64,000 nucleotides of DNA, taken from contig QPGO01000088.1 of the NCBI GenBank assembly GCA_008632985.1, forward strand, positions 1 to 64,000. The letters run 5' to 3'. The stretch's first letter is position 1. Each line of letters starts with the position of its first letter. Shown piece after piece: positions 25,208-38,048 of the stretch. Origin of the DNA: Psammoneis japonica. Its lineage: Eukaryota. Below the pieces are notes generated by a model. The model was given only the letters and a program-made list of their open reading frames with translations, made no database searches and was not told where the DNA came from. Made by a program: the position numbers and the translations under genes.

Positions 25208-25278
25208 TGCGACACCCGGAAATCGAATCCGGGGCTCGTGCTTGGGAAGCACGAATTTTACCACTAAACTAGTGTCGC
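25208..25278 (-). tRNA. tRNA-Gly (anticodon CCC)
   Basis: GCGACAC/GTGTCGC acceptor stem, D-loop AGTGGTA, anticodon arm CGTGC-TTCCCAA-GCACG, T arm CCGGA-TTCGATT-TCCGG. Confidence 0.92.
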
Positions 25279-25740
25279 TCAATCACATTAGGGTCAAAAA
25301 ATAGATATAAAAACTCAAATGATTTCCAGAGACTTGCGAGAGTAGCGGCAACTGGTTCTCTCTCAATGAAAAGAGAGCATCCTGTACCGTACTCTGCAAT
25401 GGCTCCCTACTTTGCGGTACTGTAGCTAAAAGGTTGCTAAAGTAGTCTAGTAGTCTCTCTCTAGAGAGTCTATTCATACCGGCAACCTACAGTACTTACT
25501 GAGTACCATACATTGTGGGCCCCTAAAAAGCAGAAGATACCGTAGATGGCACAGGCAGCACCAACGCTTTATTCCATGTATTCAGTCATTAGAAAGTAAT
25601 AAATCTCAGAATCGTTATGTAGTTTAACGCCTCATCATAAACATTATCCACCTATTTTATATATATAAAAAATATATCAGAATAAGTTGTCACGGTCACT
25701 GCCGAGCGGCACTTTTTGCCAAGTTCTGTTTCGGTTCACC

Positions 25741-28155
25741 ATGGCGCCTTCTCCTCCCGGCGACAGGACCGCGCTGCTGCTTTCGTCACTGCAGGTTGCT
25801 TCCCAATCATGGACGAGCTTTGATTGGAACAACCGCCGTCAGCAGTGGGACCAGACGATAGCGCAGTCGAAGGAGCAGAAGGATCAGTCATTGACTGCAC
25901 GCAAACAGCTGGCTGATACCACAAAGCAATTCAAGCGCTCCGTGAAGGGTACTGAGCAGGCTTCGTTGGCGCTCGCAGAAAACCCATCATCTCAGCAACA
26001 TGTAGATGCTTCGGTGAAAGCTGTAGATGGATTGACCAAGGAGTGCCGAAAGACCGTGAAAGCCTACCAGGAGGAAATCGATAATTTGACGCGACGATGC
26101 AAGTCGAGCGATGCGGCCTTTGGTTCGTTGTACCAGGCCTTGTCAGAAGTTCCTGATCCAGCCTCTCTCATGGTGGCGTCCATGGAACAGATGCACGGTC
26201 AGCAGTCACAGATCTCGCAGTTGCTTCGTACTGTGGACGAATGCAATCGGGAAATGCAAACGATGGAGAGAAACATGGCTCAGCAAGCTGAAACTTATCA
26301 AAAGGAAATTACGCAGCTCAAGGAGAGCAAAAAGGCAAATGACACTGGAGTAGGACAGGGTATGAGCAAGGCAGATCGTGAAGAGTTGGTGCAGCTGCGT
26401 CGCGAAGTTGCCGAGTACGAAGTAGAGTTTCGGGGACTCAAGAATCAAGATATTACGATTCGTAAGCTCGAAGCCAAGATTGCCGAGTTGGAAAAGAGTG
26501 GTCAAGAAGAGTTACAGAAGGAGCTCAAGAAGGCGCAAGAGGATCTGGCAGAAACCGAAGGGCGCCGTGCTGCGGAAGCGTTGGAGCGCGAAGCGTTAAT
26601 GGAGAGGAAGGTGCAGGACCTTGAACTACAACTCAAGGCGGAAAGGGCCGGAAGAGAGGCCACGCAAGCGCATCTGTTAAAAGCGGATGAAGGAGCTGGA
26701 GAACGTGAGGCTGCTTGGGAGGCTCAGAGACAGATTCTGGTTGACGATGCCGCTAGACTCCGGGAGACGCTTCATGAAGCCACAAGGGAGAGGGACGCAC
26801 TTCGCCTGCGCGTGGCTGCTCTGGACGGAGACGCCGACTCCCGCCCACCGTCGGCTCCGGCATCTGGATCGCTAGGAATGGCGGATATGATACTTGAACG
26901 AAAGGCCTATGAAGCAGAAGTCAGTGAACTTTCCCACACGGCGAATACTCTCAGAGAGGAGTTGCGAGCGAAAGAGGCTGAACTAGCAGAGGATAAGCAC
27001 TCGTCCATGATGACAATTGAAGCCTTGGAACACGAGCGCGCCATGCTACTGTCCTCGGTGTCTGCGCTTGAGTCGAAATTGGCCGCCACACCTTCTCAAG
27101 AACGCATGGATAATATGAAGCGAGAATTGCGAATCCTGAAGAGGCTGGAGTACAATGCTGACGACGTTGATGCAGAAAGGGATCCCGAAATGACTACAGG
27201 TGGTGGTACAATGGATGGCGAAGATGCCGATTTGGAGTCTGTGCTGGTGTCGAAGCTGCGTCGAGTGGAATCAGAGCTTGTCAAGGAGCGTAATCAGAAA
27301 TCAGAAACTTACAAGGAATGTGAAGAACTCAATCGGAAGCTAGCTTCTGCTGAGCAGGCGCAGGCGTCCGCCGAGAAGTTGGTTGCATCGCTCGAAGCAG
27401 ACTTGGAAAAAGCCATTGCTACGCCCGCCATGGCTCCCTCTGCTAGCAAGAAATCCTCCTCCTCCTCTTTGGAGACGTCCGTAGTGGAGAATCCTGCCAC
27501 TCTGCAACGTATCTTGGACCCTGATGCCCCACCTCCTTCTGGTGGAGTTCCGGTACCGGCACCTATCGTATCCACCACTGCGGCCGAAAAGGCAAGTGAC
27601 GACCATTCGGTCGCTACAATTATCATGGCACAACGTGATCGCCTTCGGGCGCGTTGTGAAGCTCTAGAGGCAGAACGTGACAGCTTCAAGAAGGAACTTC
27701 AGATCCAGGTGCAGTCGGCTGAGTCTCTCAAGACCGACAATACGAAATTGTATGAAAAGGTTCGCTATCTTCAGAACTTTAGCAGCCAGTCGTCTCGTGG
27801 CGGTATGATTGCCCGCAAAAGCGATCGCGACCTAGATCTTGAAGCGCTTGAACAGCGCTACGAAGCATCTGTTGATCCTTTCCGTCAGTTTAGTCGCTCA
27901 GAACGCCAACGGAAAATGAACGAGATGTCTCCCGTGGAGCGCGCCGTTTTCATCGTGGCCAAGACTGTATTGGGAAGCAAGGAGATGCGGACAGCCTTAT
28001 TCGTCTATGTTGTAGCGATGCACATGCTTGTATTTATTACGACCTACCATTGGTCACATGAAAGTGGGTGTCACAATAGCATTCATGATAACGAGCATCT
28101 TTCTCATTTGCCTCCAAACATGCAGCTGGACACGGTGGTGGCAAAAGTCGGGTAG
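25741..28155 (+). CDS. CASP: CASP/Coy1 golgin (Cux1 N-terminal coiled coil + CASP C-terminal domain)
   Basis: SLTARKQLADTTKQFK..YQEEIDNLTRR..PDP, LKNQDITIRKLE, QRDRLRARCEALE, DNTKLYEKVRYLQ, YEASVDPFRQF and a C-terminal TM helix containing His. Confidence 0.92.
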   Translation: MAPSPPGDRTALLLSSLQVASQSWTSFDWNNRRQQWDQTIAQSKEQKDQSLTARKQLADTTKQFKRSVKGTEQASLALAENPSSQQHVDASVKAVDGLTKECRKTVKAYQEEIDNLTRRCKSSDAAFGSLYQALSEVPDPASLMVASMEQMHGQQSQISQLLRTVDECNREMQTMERNMAQQAETYQKEITQLKESKKANDTGVGQGMSKADREELVQLRREVAEYEVEFRGLKNQDITIRKLEAKIAELEKSGQEELQKELKKAQEDLAETEGRRAAEALEREALMERKVQDLELQLKAERAGREATQAHLLKADEGAGEREAAWEAQRQILVDDAARLRETLHEATRERDALRLRVAALDGDADSRPPSAPASGSLGMADMILERKAYEAEVSELSHTANTLREELRAKEAELAEDKHSSMMTIEALEHERAMLLSSVSALESKLAATPSQERMDNMKRELRILKRLEYNADDVDAERDPEMTTGGGTMDGEDADLESVLVSKLRRVESELVKERNQKSETYKECEELNRKLASAEQAQASAEKLVASLEADLEKAIATPAMAPSASKKSSSSSLETSVVENPATLQRILDPDAPPPSGGVPVPAPIVSTTAAEKASDDHSVATIIMAQRDRLRARCEALEAERDSFKKELQIQVQSAESLKTDNTKLYEKVRYLQNFSSQSSRGGMIARKSDRDLDLEALEQRYEASVDPFRQFSRSERQRKMNEMSPVERAVFIVAKTVLGSKEMRTALFVYVVAMHMLVFITTYHWSHESGCHNSIHDNEHLSHLPPNMQLDTVVAKVG

Positions 28156-28668
28156 AATGCTCGTTCCAGCAGAGGATCATGACTTTCGAGCTTTGGATAA
28201 TAAGAAGCTTGAGCATCAGATAACAGTTGAAATCGAAACTGCTCTACAACTACAGTGTCGTGTTTGCACTTAGGTTCTCTATTCTGGCAGAACTTCAAAG
28301 ACGAAGAATCATCACGATAGAATCTAGAGTAGACAGTTTGATACCGTTATTGCCGTCCTGTACATCATACTAGATTTGACTGACCACCGATGACGTGGAG
28401 ACTGGCGTCAACAACAATCTTCTCATTGAGATTCCATTGCACACAGTCGGACACCATAATAAAGCTACTAAATAAAGGAATTACTCCTGTCCGTTTCCTC
28501 GGCGGGTCTCATTTTTGATCAAGCTTCAAGAGGTTCCTCACTGATGCAGTGATGCATGTTTTCTAAGAACGACAACGACTTACTCAGTTGTTGCGGTATG
28601 GGCGATGGGTGCTGAGGCAAGAAAAAGGTGAAAGCAGTAGAGCTAGAAGTATTGAAAAAATATCGACC

Positions 28669-31600
28669 ATGTCGGAAACAAAAGGTCTTCCCGACAAACC
28701 AGGCCGACCTTGGCCTCTCTTGTCAATGGTGATTCTGCTCGGGTTACCCTTTGCTTCTCCCTTTGTAGTGGGTACATCAGCAGGAGCTGGCTCAAACTCT
28801 CCGGTCCCACCAACGTTGCCAAATTTACCATCAGGATCCATAGCTTCTTCTCACAGCCGCACCCGGAACGCCGCCGGTGTATCTGTCGAAATGTCTGCCG
28901 CCGTCTCTGGCCGAAAGAGAAGGCTTTTGTCAAGACTGACACCATCGTCAGGTTCAAACATCGACAGCTGGAGAGGCGGAGACCATAATTCAACACTATT
29001 TAACCGATTATTGTTCCGGTACACTTCGCCCCTTCTTGATTTGGCAAAGGAAAGACAGTTAGACGTGAACGATGCGTTTGAGGTACCCAAGTCGAGACAA
29101 ATGGGTTCTGCTGTACCGGATCTTGCACGTATTTATGATAAATGCAGGTCAAAGGCGCGGAGACGCGTTGAGAAACTCAAACAAGAAGGCGATGCTACCA
29201 AAGTCAAATCTAAGAAGACACTCACCCTGGCCAAAGCTCTGCTTTTGCAGCAAAGAAGAATACTAATCACAACCGGTATACTTCGCTTGGTCAACACCGC
29301 TGTTCAGGCCTTTCCGGCAGTCCTTGTTGCCAGGTTGCTGAGGTTGATCGAAGCGGGAGACGAGAACCCTCCATCCAAGGCCGTGGGTGCTGCTGCGTCA
29401 TTAATAGCAGTTCTCTTGATAAAGATGATCGTAGAGAACCAGTATTTTCATCATGTGGTCAATTGCGCAACCCAAGTTCGGGGATCACTTGCAGGACTAA
29501 TATTCGACAAAAGCCTTCGCCTACCGAGTGGAAGTGCCGAAAGTTCAGTCTCTCCTCCTGGCAACAGCAGCAAGAAGGAAAAGAAGACGAGAAAGAAGGT
29601 CTTGGGTGCCGGAGAAGTCATGAATTTGATGCAGTCTGACGCTTCATTGTTGGAATCAGCAGCAATGCAGCTACATACAATTTGGGACGGTCCATTGCAG
29701 GTACGCACAGCCTCTTTGCAAAATATGGTTTTCTTTAATGCGCAGAAGTCTCACTCACGCAATACGCATAACAGATCGCAGTATACACGACGTTACTGTT
29801 TAAGTATCTGGGAAAAAGTGTGTTGTGGGGGCTCGGAGTGTTGCTGCTGACAATACCTCTCAACAGCGTCACTCTAAGATTTCTGAATCGTTTGACGAAG
29901 CTCGAAAATAAAGCGAAGGACGCAAGAACAAAACGGACAGCTGAAGCAATTTCTCACTTGAAATTGCTGAAGCTGCAGGTGAGCTTCTTTCCCTGCTGTT
30001 TTCTTCTGTTGCGGTTTCGATTCCCTTACCCCAACTCTCGTCCTTATTGACAGGGATGGGAAGAAACATTTGCGGACGACATAAGAGGCCATCGTTCAGA
30101 AGAGCTTCGTCGGCATGTCAACCGAGGGCTAGTTCGGGCACTGAATTCTGCTATCTCTAATGCAGTGCCAGCATTGACTCTGGTTGTTACGCTCACCGCA
30201 TACGCGAAAACGGGAAGACCGATAGTGGCAAGTACCATCTTCACTGCCATAAGTTTGTTCAATCAGTTGCGGTTTCCTCTCTTCTTCTACCCCATGCTAC
30301 TAGACTCCCTTGCCAACGGAACGAACGCTCTTAAAAGAGTATCCTCGTATCTCTCTTCGGAAGAGATCACGCCTTATGTCCAGAAGCTGCCACTGATTGA
30401 TGGAAATGGAGGGGGCGTATCTCTCAAGAAAGGTAACTTCTTGTGGTCTGCATCCTCCAGGCCTCTGCGCGACGGAGAAGATTCTGTTCCGACCACTCCG
30501 GCGTTATGTGATGTGGACTTGCAGGTCAGGCCTGGGGAAGTTGTTGCTATTGTTGGCCCAGTTGGATCCGGCAAAACAGCTCTCGTTAAGAGTATCCTCG
30601 GTGAGTTAGCTCCAGTACCTAGAATGGTGGTCGATCAATCGCGTCAGTCCTCAACCGAGGACAGCGGATCGCCTGGTTACACCGGTATTATGGACGTTGC
30701 TTCCGTTGCCACACACGGAGACATTGCATATTTCTCACAGGATGCATGGCTACCAAAAGGCACGATAAGAGACGCCGTTGTGTTTGGGAGGGAGTATGAC
30801 GAAGATCGCTACATGGCTGCGCTACGAGATGCTGGCCTTGATTCTGACATTGTCGATGACATCGGTGATGCTGGTGACAAAGAAGCAGCGTCGAGCGGCG
30901 TTCTCAGCCATGAGACGGATGTTGGAGAAGGAGGATCTTCGCTGTCTGGTGGGCAACGGGCACGTGTTGCTCTCGCAAGAGCGTTGTATGCATCCGACTC
31001 ATCAAAAGTTTTTTTGCTCGATGATCCGCTTGCCGCTTTGGATGCGTCGGTGGGTTCAACTGTTTTTGAACGGATGACAAAACGCCTTCGAAGCGCTAAT
31101 GCTGCAACCCTCCTTGTTACAAATGACCCTTCTATACCGAGGAGATGCGATCGCGTGGTATTAATGGGCAAGTATCACCCTTCTTCGCCATCATGTTCTA
31201 CGATTATTGACGTAGGTACATACGACGAACTGCTCGAACGAGGTCATGACCTTAGCAGCCTTGCTTCTCCCACCTCCGACGCAGAAGATGTCGACGACAT
31301 GGAATCGGAAGAAGATATTGAGAATGCAGAAGATGAGGACGCCTTTGTCGATGAAACCACTTTTATTACCAACAGACGGAGGGAAACAATACGAGTCGCA
31401 GGAGGTTATGAAATTCCGACAAACAAGACGAGCCTTGAATACTGCCACGCCGATCCCGACAGTGAGGCATGTAGTATGGAGCATTTTCCTGATTACGTTG
31501 CTGAACATGTTACTGAAGTTTCTCTGCAGACGACAAAGAAGAAATGGAACGTGTGTCCACGAAAGGCCTTCACACCGTCGCTGCCAGCAATGTTACTGAC

Positions 31601-33910
31601 ACTGTACTAGAGCATGCACACAATCATGCGACCAACGCTGCGCCAAACAAACGAGCAGCGAAGAAACTTGCGTCGGCAGACGATGCGATGTCTTCTGGAG
31701 CCGTACCGCGCTCTACTTACTTGACGTACATCAAGTCCGTTGGAAGTCCATGGCTAATCGCGGCAATGATATCGTCGTACCTATTTGCAAACGGAGCACA
31801 GTTCTATCAGCAGTGTGAGTCAAAGTTGTTTATCACAGCTGCCGCGTACTAATTGGCGACGTGTTCGAAACTAACGGGTACTTTTACTTTTTTGGTTTTC
31901 TCTACGCATAAAGACATCGTTGCAAAATGGACAGAGATTGGAAGAGGGGACGCTATGGCAGCTGCTCTGGGAGGAAAATATCTGAGATCTTTGGTTAACG
32001 CGGCTGGTGTCGTTTCTGTATTCATGTGGCTAAGGAGTTACTTTACGATGCATGTAGGAGTTCGAGCGTCCAAGGCACTCCACAACCGAATGTTATCATC
32101 TGTTTTTCGGGCATCCATCGCTTTTTTTGATTCGACCCCTTCAGGTCAACTGCTATCACGTTTTGGGAAAGAAATGGAAACTGTCGATCGTGCTCTACCA
32201 GATGGGATTGGATCTGTTTTCTTTTGTTTTCTGCAGATTGCACTTTCGGGGATGGCCCTGACTGGGGTCATTACACCCGTAATGCTGTTGCCCCTGATGG
32301 TAATTGGGTATGTTTACTATGGGACTATGACGCGGTTCCGCCCTGCAGCTCGCGACCTAAAAAGATCAGAATCAAAGACTCGATCGCCAATATACACTCA
32401 CTTTGGTGAGGCGTTGCGGGGTACAGAGACCATCCGGTCCATTCCGAATGCTAAAGCAAATTGGTCAACTCAGCACCGCTCTCTGACAGATGAAAATCTG
32501 TCTGTGTTTTACGCCGTAAAGGCATTAGATCGGTGGTTGTCTATCCGTCTGGAAACACTAGGGAATGCTGTTGTCTTTGCATCTGCCGTCGCGTCGGTTT
32601 TCCTGACAAGAGTTGGAAAGCTCAAAGCAGGGTCCGCTGGATGGGGGCTGACGCAGGCCCTTTCAATTACGGGACTATTGACATGGGCTGTCCGAGTATT
32701 GACAGACCTCGAGACACAGATGATGAGTGTTTCTAGAGTGAAGGAGTTGACGGATTTGGATTCAGAGGAGATAGAAGGTCTACCAGATGCTGAAGAAAGT
32801 CATGAGCAACAAGAGAGAATGCCGAAAGAAAAGGCAGCAGCGGGAGAGGCATTAGAAGTTTTGTTTTCCAACGCGACAGCTCTAAATATTACTGTGTCGC
32901 CAGTGAATGATACGGCGTTGGCGCAAGACGGTTGGCCTTGGAACGGCGGTATCAAATTCAACAATGTGTCGATGAGATACAACGCTATCTCACCGCTTGT
33001 CCTTAATGGCGTCAGCATCGCTGTACCTCCGGGTACAACACTCGGTGTCGTTGGCAGGTAAGTGCTCTGCACCTTCACTCAGATTGTGCTTTCGCCTTTT
33101 TCTTACGACATTTTGTCTTTGTTGCCAGAACGGGGAGTGGAAAGTCATCACTTCTCCTTACTCTGTTTCGACTTGTCGAACTAGAACCTGGTGGAAGTAT
33201 AGAAATTGACGGCGTGGATATTCGATCAGTTTCACTGCAAACGCTTCGCGAGTCACTTTCAATTATCCCGCAAGACCCTGTTTTGTTTGCTGGGACCGTA
33301 ATGTATAACCTGGACGCCACAGGGAGAGCAACAGAAGAAGCAGCCTGGGAAGCGCTCGATGCGGCATCACCAGACTTGGCGCAACAATTCCGCAACGCTG
33401 GCACTGGGCTTAACACGCTAGTGAGCGAGGGCGGAAAGAATTTGAGCTCCGGACAGCGCCAGCTTCTTTGCTTGGCTCGAGCTCTTCTGAGGAAAAGCAA
33501 GATTCTCGTGCTGGACGAGGTGAGTCATAATGTTTTTTACTTCGAGTGACTTTCGCATCGTTCCACTTATCGTATGAAACCTGCCATCACCGCTCTACTA
33601 GGCAACTTCGAGCATTGATTACAAGACGGATGCGCAAGTGCAAGCCACGATCAAACGTGAATTTGTGGACAAGGGCGTGACAGTCGTAACTGTTGCGCAT
33701 CGGCTCGACACAGTGCTTGGATACGATCGCATTGCGGTTCTCGGCAATGGCGAGCTGTTGGAATACGGTACACCTGGTGAGCTGCTTCAGGACAAAAATG
33801 GAGAGCTGCGACGTCTTGTCGAGGCGTACCGGGAAAACAAGAAGGGAGGTTCGCAGACAAAAAAGAGCGATAGCAACGTCACGAGTAGCACACCAATGAT
33901 TGCGGCTTAG
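28669..33910 (+). CDS. ABC transporter subfamily C (MRP-like), 7 exons
   Basis: TMD1-NBD1 (GPVGSGKT, LSGGQRAR, LLDD) and TMD2-NBD2 (GRTGSGKS, LSSGQRQL, LDEAT). In-frame exons: 28669-29700, 29775-29978, 30054-31461, 31530-31814, 31914-33057, 33129-33519, 33602-33910, all with GT-AG introns. Confidence 0.9.
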
Positions 33911-33982
33911 CTATTTATACTCTAACCTGGACACCGTATTGCTGCTATACATGTTTGTAACTTCTCGCCTCCCCATTTCTTA

Positions 33983-35819
33983 TTATTCTTTGAAAGTCGG
34001 ATCCCAAATCCCTGTAACAAAAGAGCATTTTGTGAGTGTCAATTTCACCGACAATTAGATCTCGCTGAATCGAAAATAGACAGTACTCACAGAGATTCGT
34101 TAGCCACTTCTCGCCTTTTTCCACCGGAAGGGCAGCGTGGTGGGAGAAGTCGTCCATATTTCCGTCCGGTAGCTGTGAATAGAACAAAACCGCCTTCAAC
34201 ACGAAATGAATGAACAAGACTGAGAAATCAGGAACACGAGAAAACAACAGCACTATGTGTCTTACCTTGCCCACCTCAGGTGTGACCTTCAGCGCTTTGA
34301 ACGTCTCGGCGTTTACCCATCGCGGAAATGAAGTTTCACCGCCCACCATGCCTGTATTATTGCATACAGTTCAAGGATGAGAATGACGGAAAATGGACAA
34401 AGCGTAGCTCCAACCCACGCATTCTTACCTTCGTTCAAATACAAAAGCAACGTCAAGTAGCGCTGAGGTTGGTCTTCGCTGGACGCATCGTTGAAACCAA
34501 AGTCATGGTGCGCCGTGTACTCTTGAGTCTGTACAAACAGTACATGGATGGTGGTCGAGGTGAGAGTGGAGAACTTTCTAGAGACTAATGGACGAGGCAA
34601 TTCGTATCTTCGATCACGCCCTTACCTTGTCGTAGTGTACCAACTGCAGAGACTCTGCGATACTGGCCGAACCGGGCCAATCGGGACGTTCAGACTTGTC
34701 ACGCTTTCTCAAGAGTGCCTCGTCAATGCGTGTAACATCCGCCGCTCGCCTGAAGATCGCGTCAATGACGGGAGTGCGTTCCCGGTCGAGCCATGAATTG
34801 TACGATGTACGCGTGCGATGCTCTCGGTCAGGCTCATTTTCGTAATGTTCCATTCCAACGCCAGACAACTGCAGGTCAATACCAGCGGCAATATTCAAAA
34901 TATGCGCAACTTCAACCCGGCTTAGAAAGTTTTTGATCTCAAAGGCTCGAGGAGAACACGATATGACCTTGAGCGTCATGTTCATGATTTCTTTGTCGGG
35001 CTCTCGATACTCAGCCAGAAGCCTTGGATCTGTTTCTTCCAAAACTCGATTGCGTCCCATGGTCTTGATTGGATCCGAATCCTCTCCGTCATTAAGCTCT
35101 GGTGGCAAGTCCACAAAGTGTGTCTCTCTCGTTGTGGCCCAATGGGTTTGACCAAAGTAATCCGCAGGCCACATGAAATGCTTGGTGGGCTGCCGCGGGA
35201 AATTGACAAGGTAGGATCGACCAGTCCATTCCAGGTAGTGATTATTAAAGATGACAGTACGCCGCAAAACCTTGTACAATTCCACTTCTTCTGCGGTCAG
35301 GACTTTAAGGTTCTCTTTGGTGGCCTCGTCGTCCCCTTCCACCGTAAATGGATCATACACGTAGACATTGTTCGGATAATTACCGACCTCGAAGCGCTTG
35401 ATTATGTTCGATTCGTCGTTGGAAAGCGTGTAGTAGAACTTATGCGTGGGAAAACTGGCAGTGCCACCGCAGCTAAAAGGTTTCGCTCGCCACATCGGAG
35501 ATCCTTTCCGTCCTCCTTCAGGGTCCCAATAAATCTGCAAGTCCTTATTGCTCAAATTGATGAACTTAGCGGAGAACCCGTTGTGTTTGGGAGTCACAGC
35601 AGTGCTTGCGGGTGGCTTCTCAAGCTGATAAAAGGTCGTCACATTCGGAGGTATGAAAACATCAACAGTATATTCGCCGCCAAGCAACTCGCCAAAATTG
35701 ATCGTCTTTTCCACCAAGTTCGGATCTCTTTCACTGTATACAGCGGAGCATGACTGTTCCTCTGCATAAGCAGTAACTCCGCAAACCCATAGGAGCGCAA
35801 TGCTGTTGAATAATCTCAT
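33983..35819 (-). CDS. Prolyl 4-hydroxylase alpha-like protein with signal peptide (multi-exon)
   Basis: Signal peptide MRLFNSIALLWVCG; SCSPRAFEIKNFLS, RTSYNSWL, ESLQLVHY, YTAHHDF, TLLLYLN, GGETSFP, HHAALPV..GEKWLTNL; last exon IWDPTFKE* ends at 33983. Confidence 0.88.
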
Positions 35820-36141
35820 GGTGCAAGCGATTGATGCGGCGATGTTCGCACTTCAAAAAAAAAAAGAAAAATGACTGTCGGAAGTCGAATTAGTCGATTG
35901 TGTGACTCTGCGCGATCGCGCATGGAAAATCGATCTCAGATCCTCAAGCGCGCTTTTTCTGTGATCACCGCACCGCGCACCGCAGACGGCACCATAACCA
36001 CAACCCAAACCACAGACCACAGAAACAGGATCACATTGATCATCTTCACATTGAGCTGTGAGACAGACGCAGCAAGACGAGAGTGAAGAGCGAAAAAGCA
36101 GTAGGTTCTGCGCTGACAGCTGACAGCACTCTTTTCACTGC

Positions 36142-37986
36142 ATGCAACAGATCCGTTTGCTGCTTTATTCTTCATGGTTGTGTTCGTGTTGTCTGTCGTT
36201 TTCTGAAGACGCGATTACTACGAGAAAGATCCGAGAACTTCAAACGGTTCCGTCGAGATCTATCAGCATGCAAAAGAAGATGGGTTTGACCAAGGGCTCA
36301 GAGCAAGAAACTGGTAAAGCCGATGAAGAGGATAATCAGGTTCAACAATGTGATGTTGTGGTTGTTGGTGCCGGTGCAACGGGATTGTCGTGCGCTCATG
36401 ATTTGCTGCATCACCAATCTGGTGTCGGTGAGAAAGAGCTTTCCGTCGTGGTTTTGGAAGCAAGAAATCGCTTCGGCGGACGAATTTATTCATCCCCGGA
36501 AGAGAGAACACATGTGGATGGGAAAACAAAGGTATCGTTCGTGATGGATCACGGCGCAGCATGGGTACATGGGACGGGCTTTGACTGGCCGAAAGAAATG
36601 ACCACCGAGGAGAAAAAGTCAGAAGTCCCGTTGTCATACGACAACCCCATGATGACACTGCTACAGAAAATAACGCGGTCTGACCAAGACCTGTGTCAAA
36701 CTCACTTGAACCCAGTCTTTCCTGTCGGAAACCCTTGGATCAGGCCCCAAGCCGCGGTCCATGCTCACGAGAACATGGTGCTATACGTCGATGGTAAACG
36801 CATTCCAACCTCTTGCTTTGCAATCGACCAAGCGGTGAAGCGGCATTTCTCAATCATGCAAAACGTATCTAGAGTTGGTCAAGACATGTATAATGCTGGA
36901 AATGGTATGGATACGGCCAAAGTCAGTTTGGAACAGACTGTACAGAAAGTCTTGTCTAGCCCAGAATACGCTGCCAAGACTCTCAAAAACGGCGAGTCGG
37001 ACAGCGATCCGCTCATTGAACGAATCGTCCCCTTTTATCGATACATGATTGAATGTTGGTATGCTTGTCCTGCAAGTAGTTTGCCCCTCTCCACGTTTGT
37101 GGCCAGCGATTCGGAAACAGATGACGAGCAATCTGGATGTAGTGATTGGGATGCTGAATATTTCTCTGACGGAGATTTTTACGGACCACACTGTACGGTG
37201 CCAAACGGAATGACAACATTGTTAGAGCCTTTAGTAAGCGAGAAAGTGAGAGAATGCATTCATTTCAATCAAGAGGTTGTGGCCATTCGTGATGAGGGTG
37301 ATTCGGTGTTTGTCGAGACAAGAACGGGCTTTCGAGTGAGGGCCAATGTTTGTGTTGTGACCATGTCTGTTGGCTGTCTTCAGCATGCGATAAAAGAGAG
37401 TTCTTTATTTGAGCCACCCTTAAGCTCTTGTATACAAGAGGCTGTCTTTTCTCGAAGCATGGGAGGATACAAGAAAGTATTCTTGACTTTTGATCGAATA
37501 TTCTGGCCTATCAATGAACCCCTGATTGGTTTGATTCGACGTACAAAAGAAAACAGCCATTCTTCTGGTATTGGGGATTACTTGCTATTAGATAACTTGT
37601 GGGCAAAAGACGGAATTCCGTGCCTTGAAGCAATTCTGATCGGATCCGCCGCCACCGAGTTCAGTCACAAGACGGACGATGAAATCAAGAGGGCCGTTTT
37701 GAAATTTCTCGAGGACGCAATGGGCGAGGAACATCTTCATGAATACTGCGTCGGCTGCCATGTGACAAGGTGGGAAGAAGACCCCTTTAGCCTTGGAGCT
37801 TACTCGTCATACAAGATTGGGACTATGGAACGACAAGCGCAAGAAATTACAAAGCCCGAGTGGAACAGAAAACTGATGTTGGCTGGCGAAGCGTGCAACC
37901 CCGAGCATGAAGGAAGTTTTCATGGGGCTCTCTTTAGCGGACTCGAAACAGCAGAGAAAATACGAAACTTCTTGAACACATTATAA
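36142..37986 (+). CDS. Flavin-containing amine oxidase (polyamine oxidase / LSD1-like family)
   Basis: VVVVGAGATGL..VVLEARNRFGGRI, DHGAAWVHG, TRWEEDPFSLGAYS, LAGEA..GSFHGALFSG. The start could be a later ATG. Confidence 0.9.
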   Translation: MQQIRLLLYSSWLCSCCLSFSEDAITTRKIRELQTVPSRSISMQKKMGLTKGSEQETGKADEEDNQVQQCDVVVVGAGATGLSCAHDLLHHQSGVGEKELSVVVLEARNRFGGRIYSSPEERTHVDGKTKVSFVMDHGAAWVHGTGFDWPKEMTTEEKKSEVPLSYDNPMMTLLQKITRSDQDLCQTHLNPVFPVGNPWIRPQAAVHAHENMVLYVDGKRIPTSCFAIDQAVKRHFSIMQNVSRVGQDMYNAGNGMDTAKVSLEQTVQKVLSSPEYAAKTLKNGESDSDPLIERIVPFYRYMIECWYACPASSLPLSTFVASDSETDDEQSGCSDWDAEYFSDGDFYGPHCTVPNGMTTLLEPLVSEKVRECIHFNQEVVAIRDEGDSVFVETRTGFRVRANVCVVTMSVGCLQHAIKESSLFEPPLSSCIQEAVFSRSMGGYKKVFLTFDRIFWPINEPLIGLIRRTKENSHSSGIGDYLLLDNLWAKDGIPCLEAILIGSAATEFSHKTDDEIKRAVLKFLEDAMGEEHLHEYCVGCHVTRWEEDPFSLGAYSSYKIGTMERQAQEITKPEWNRKLMLAGEACNPEHEGSFHGALFSGLETAEKIRNFLNTL

Positions 37987-38048
37987 TACTAAGCTAGCCA
38001 ATAATAATCCGTTTTATCCAACTGTAAGAGAAGCATTGAACAGCATCG

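Noticed and set aside
31440..31560. Apparent frameshift in the ABCC gene
   Set aside because: A 68-nt GT-AG intron (31462-31529) restores the frame exactly.
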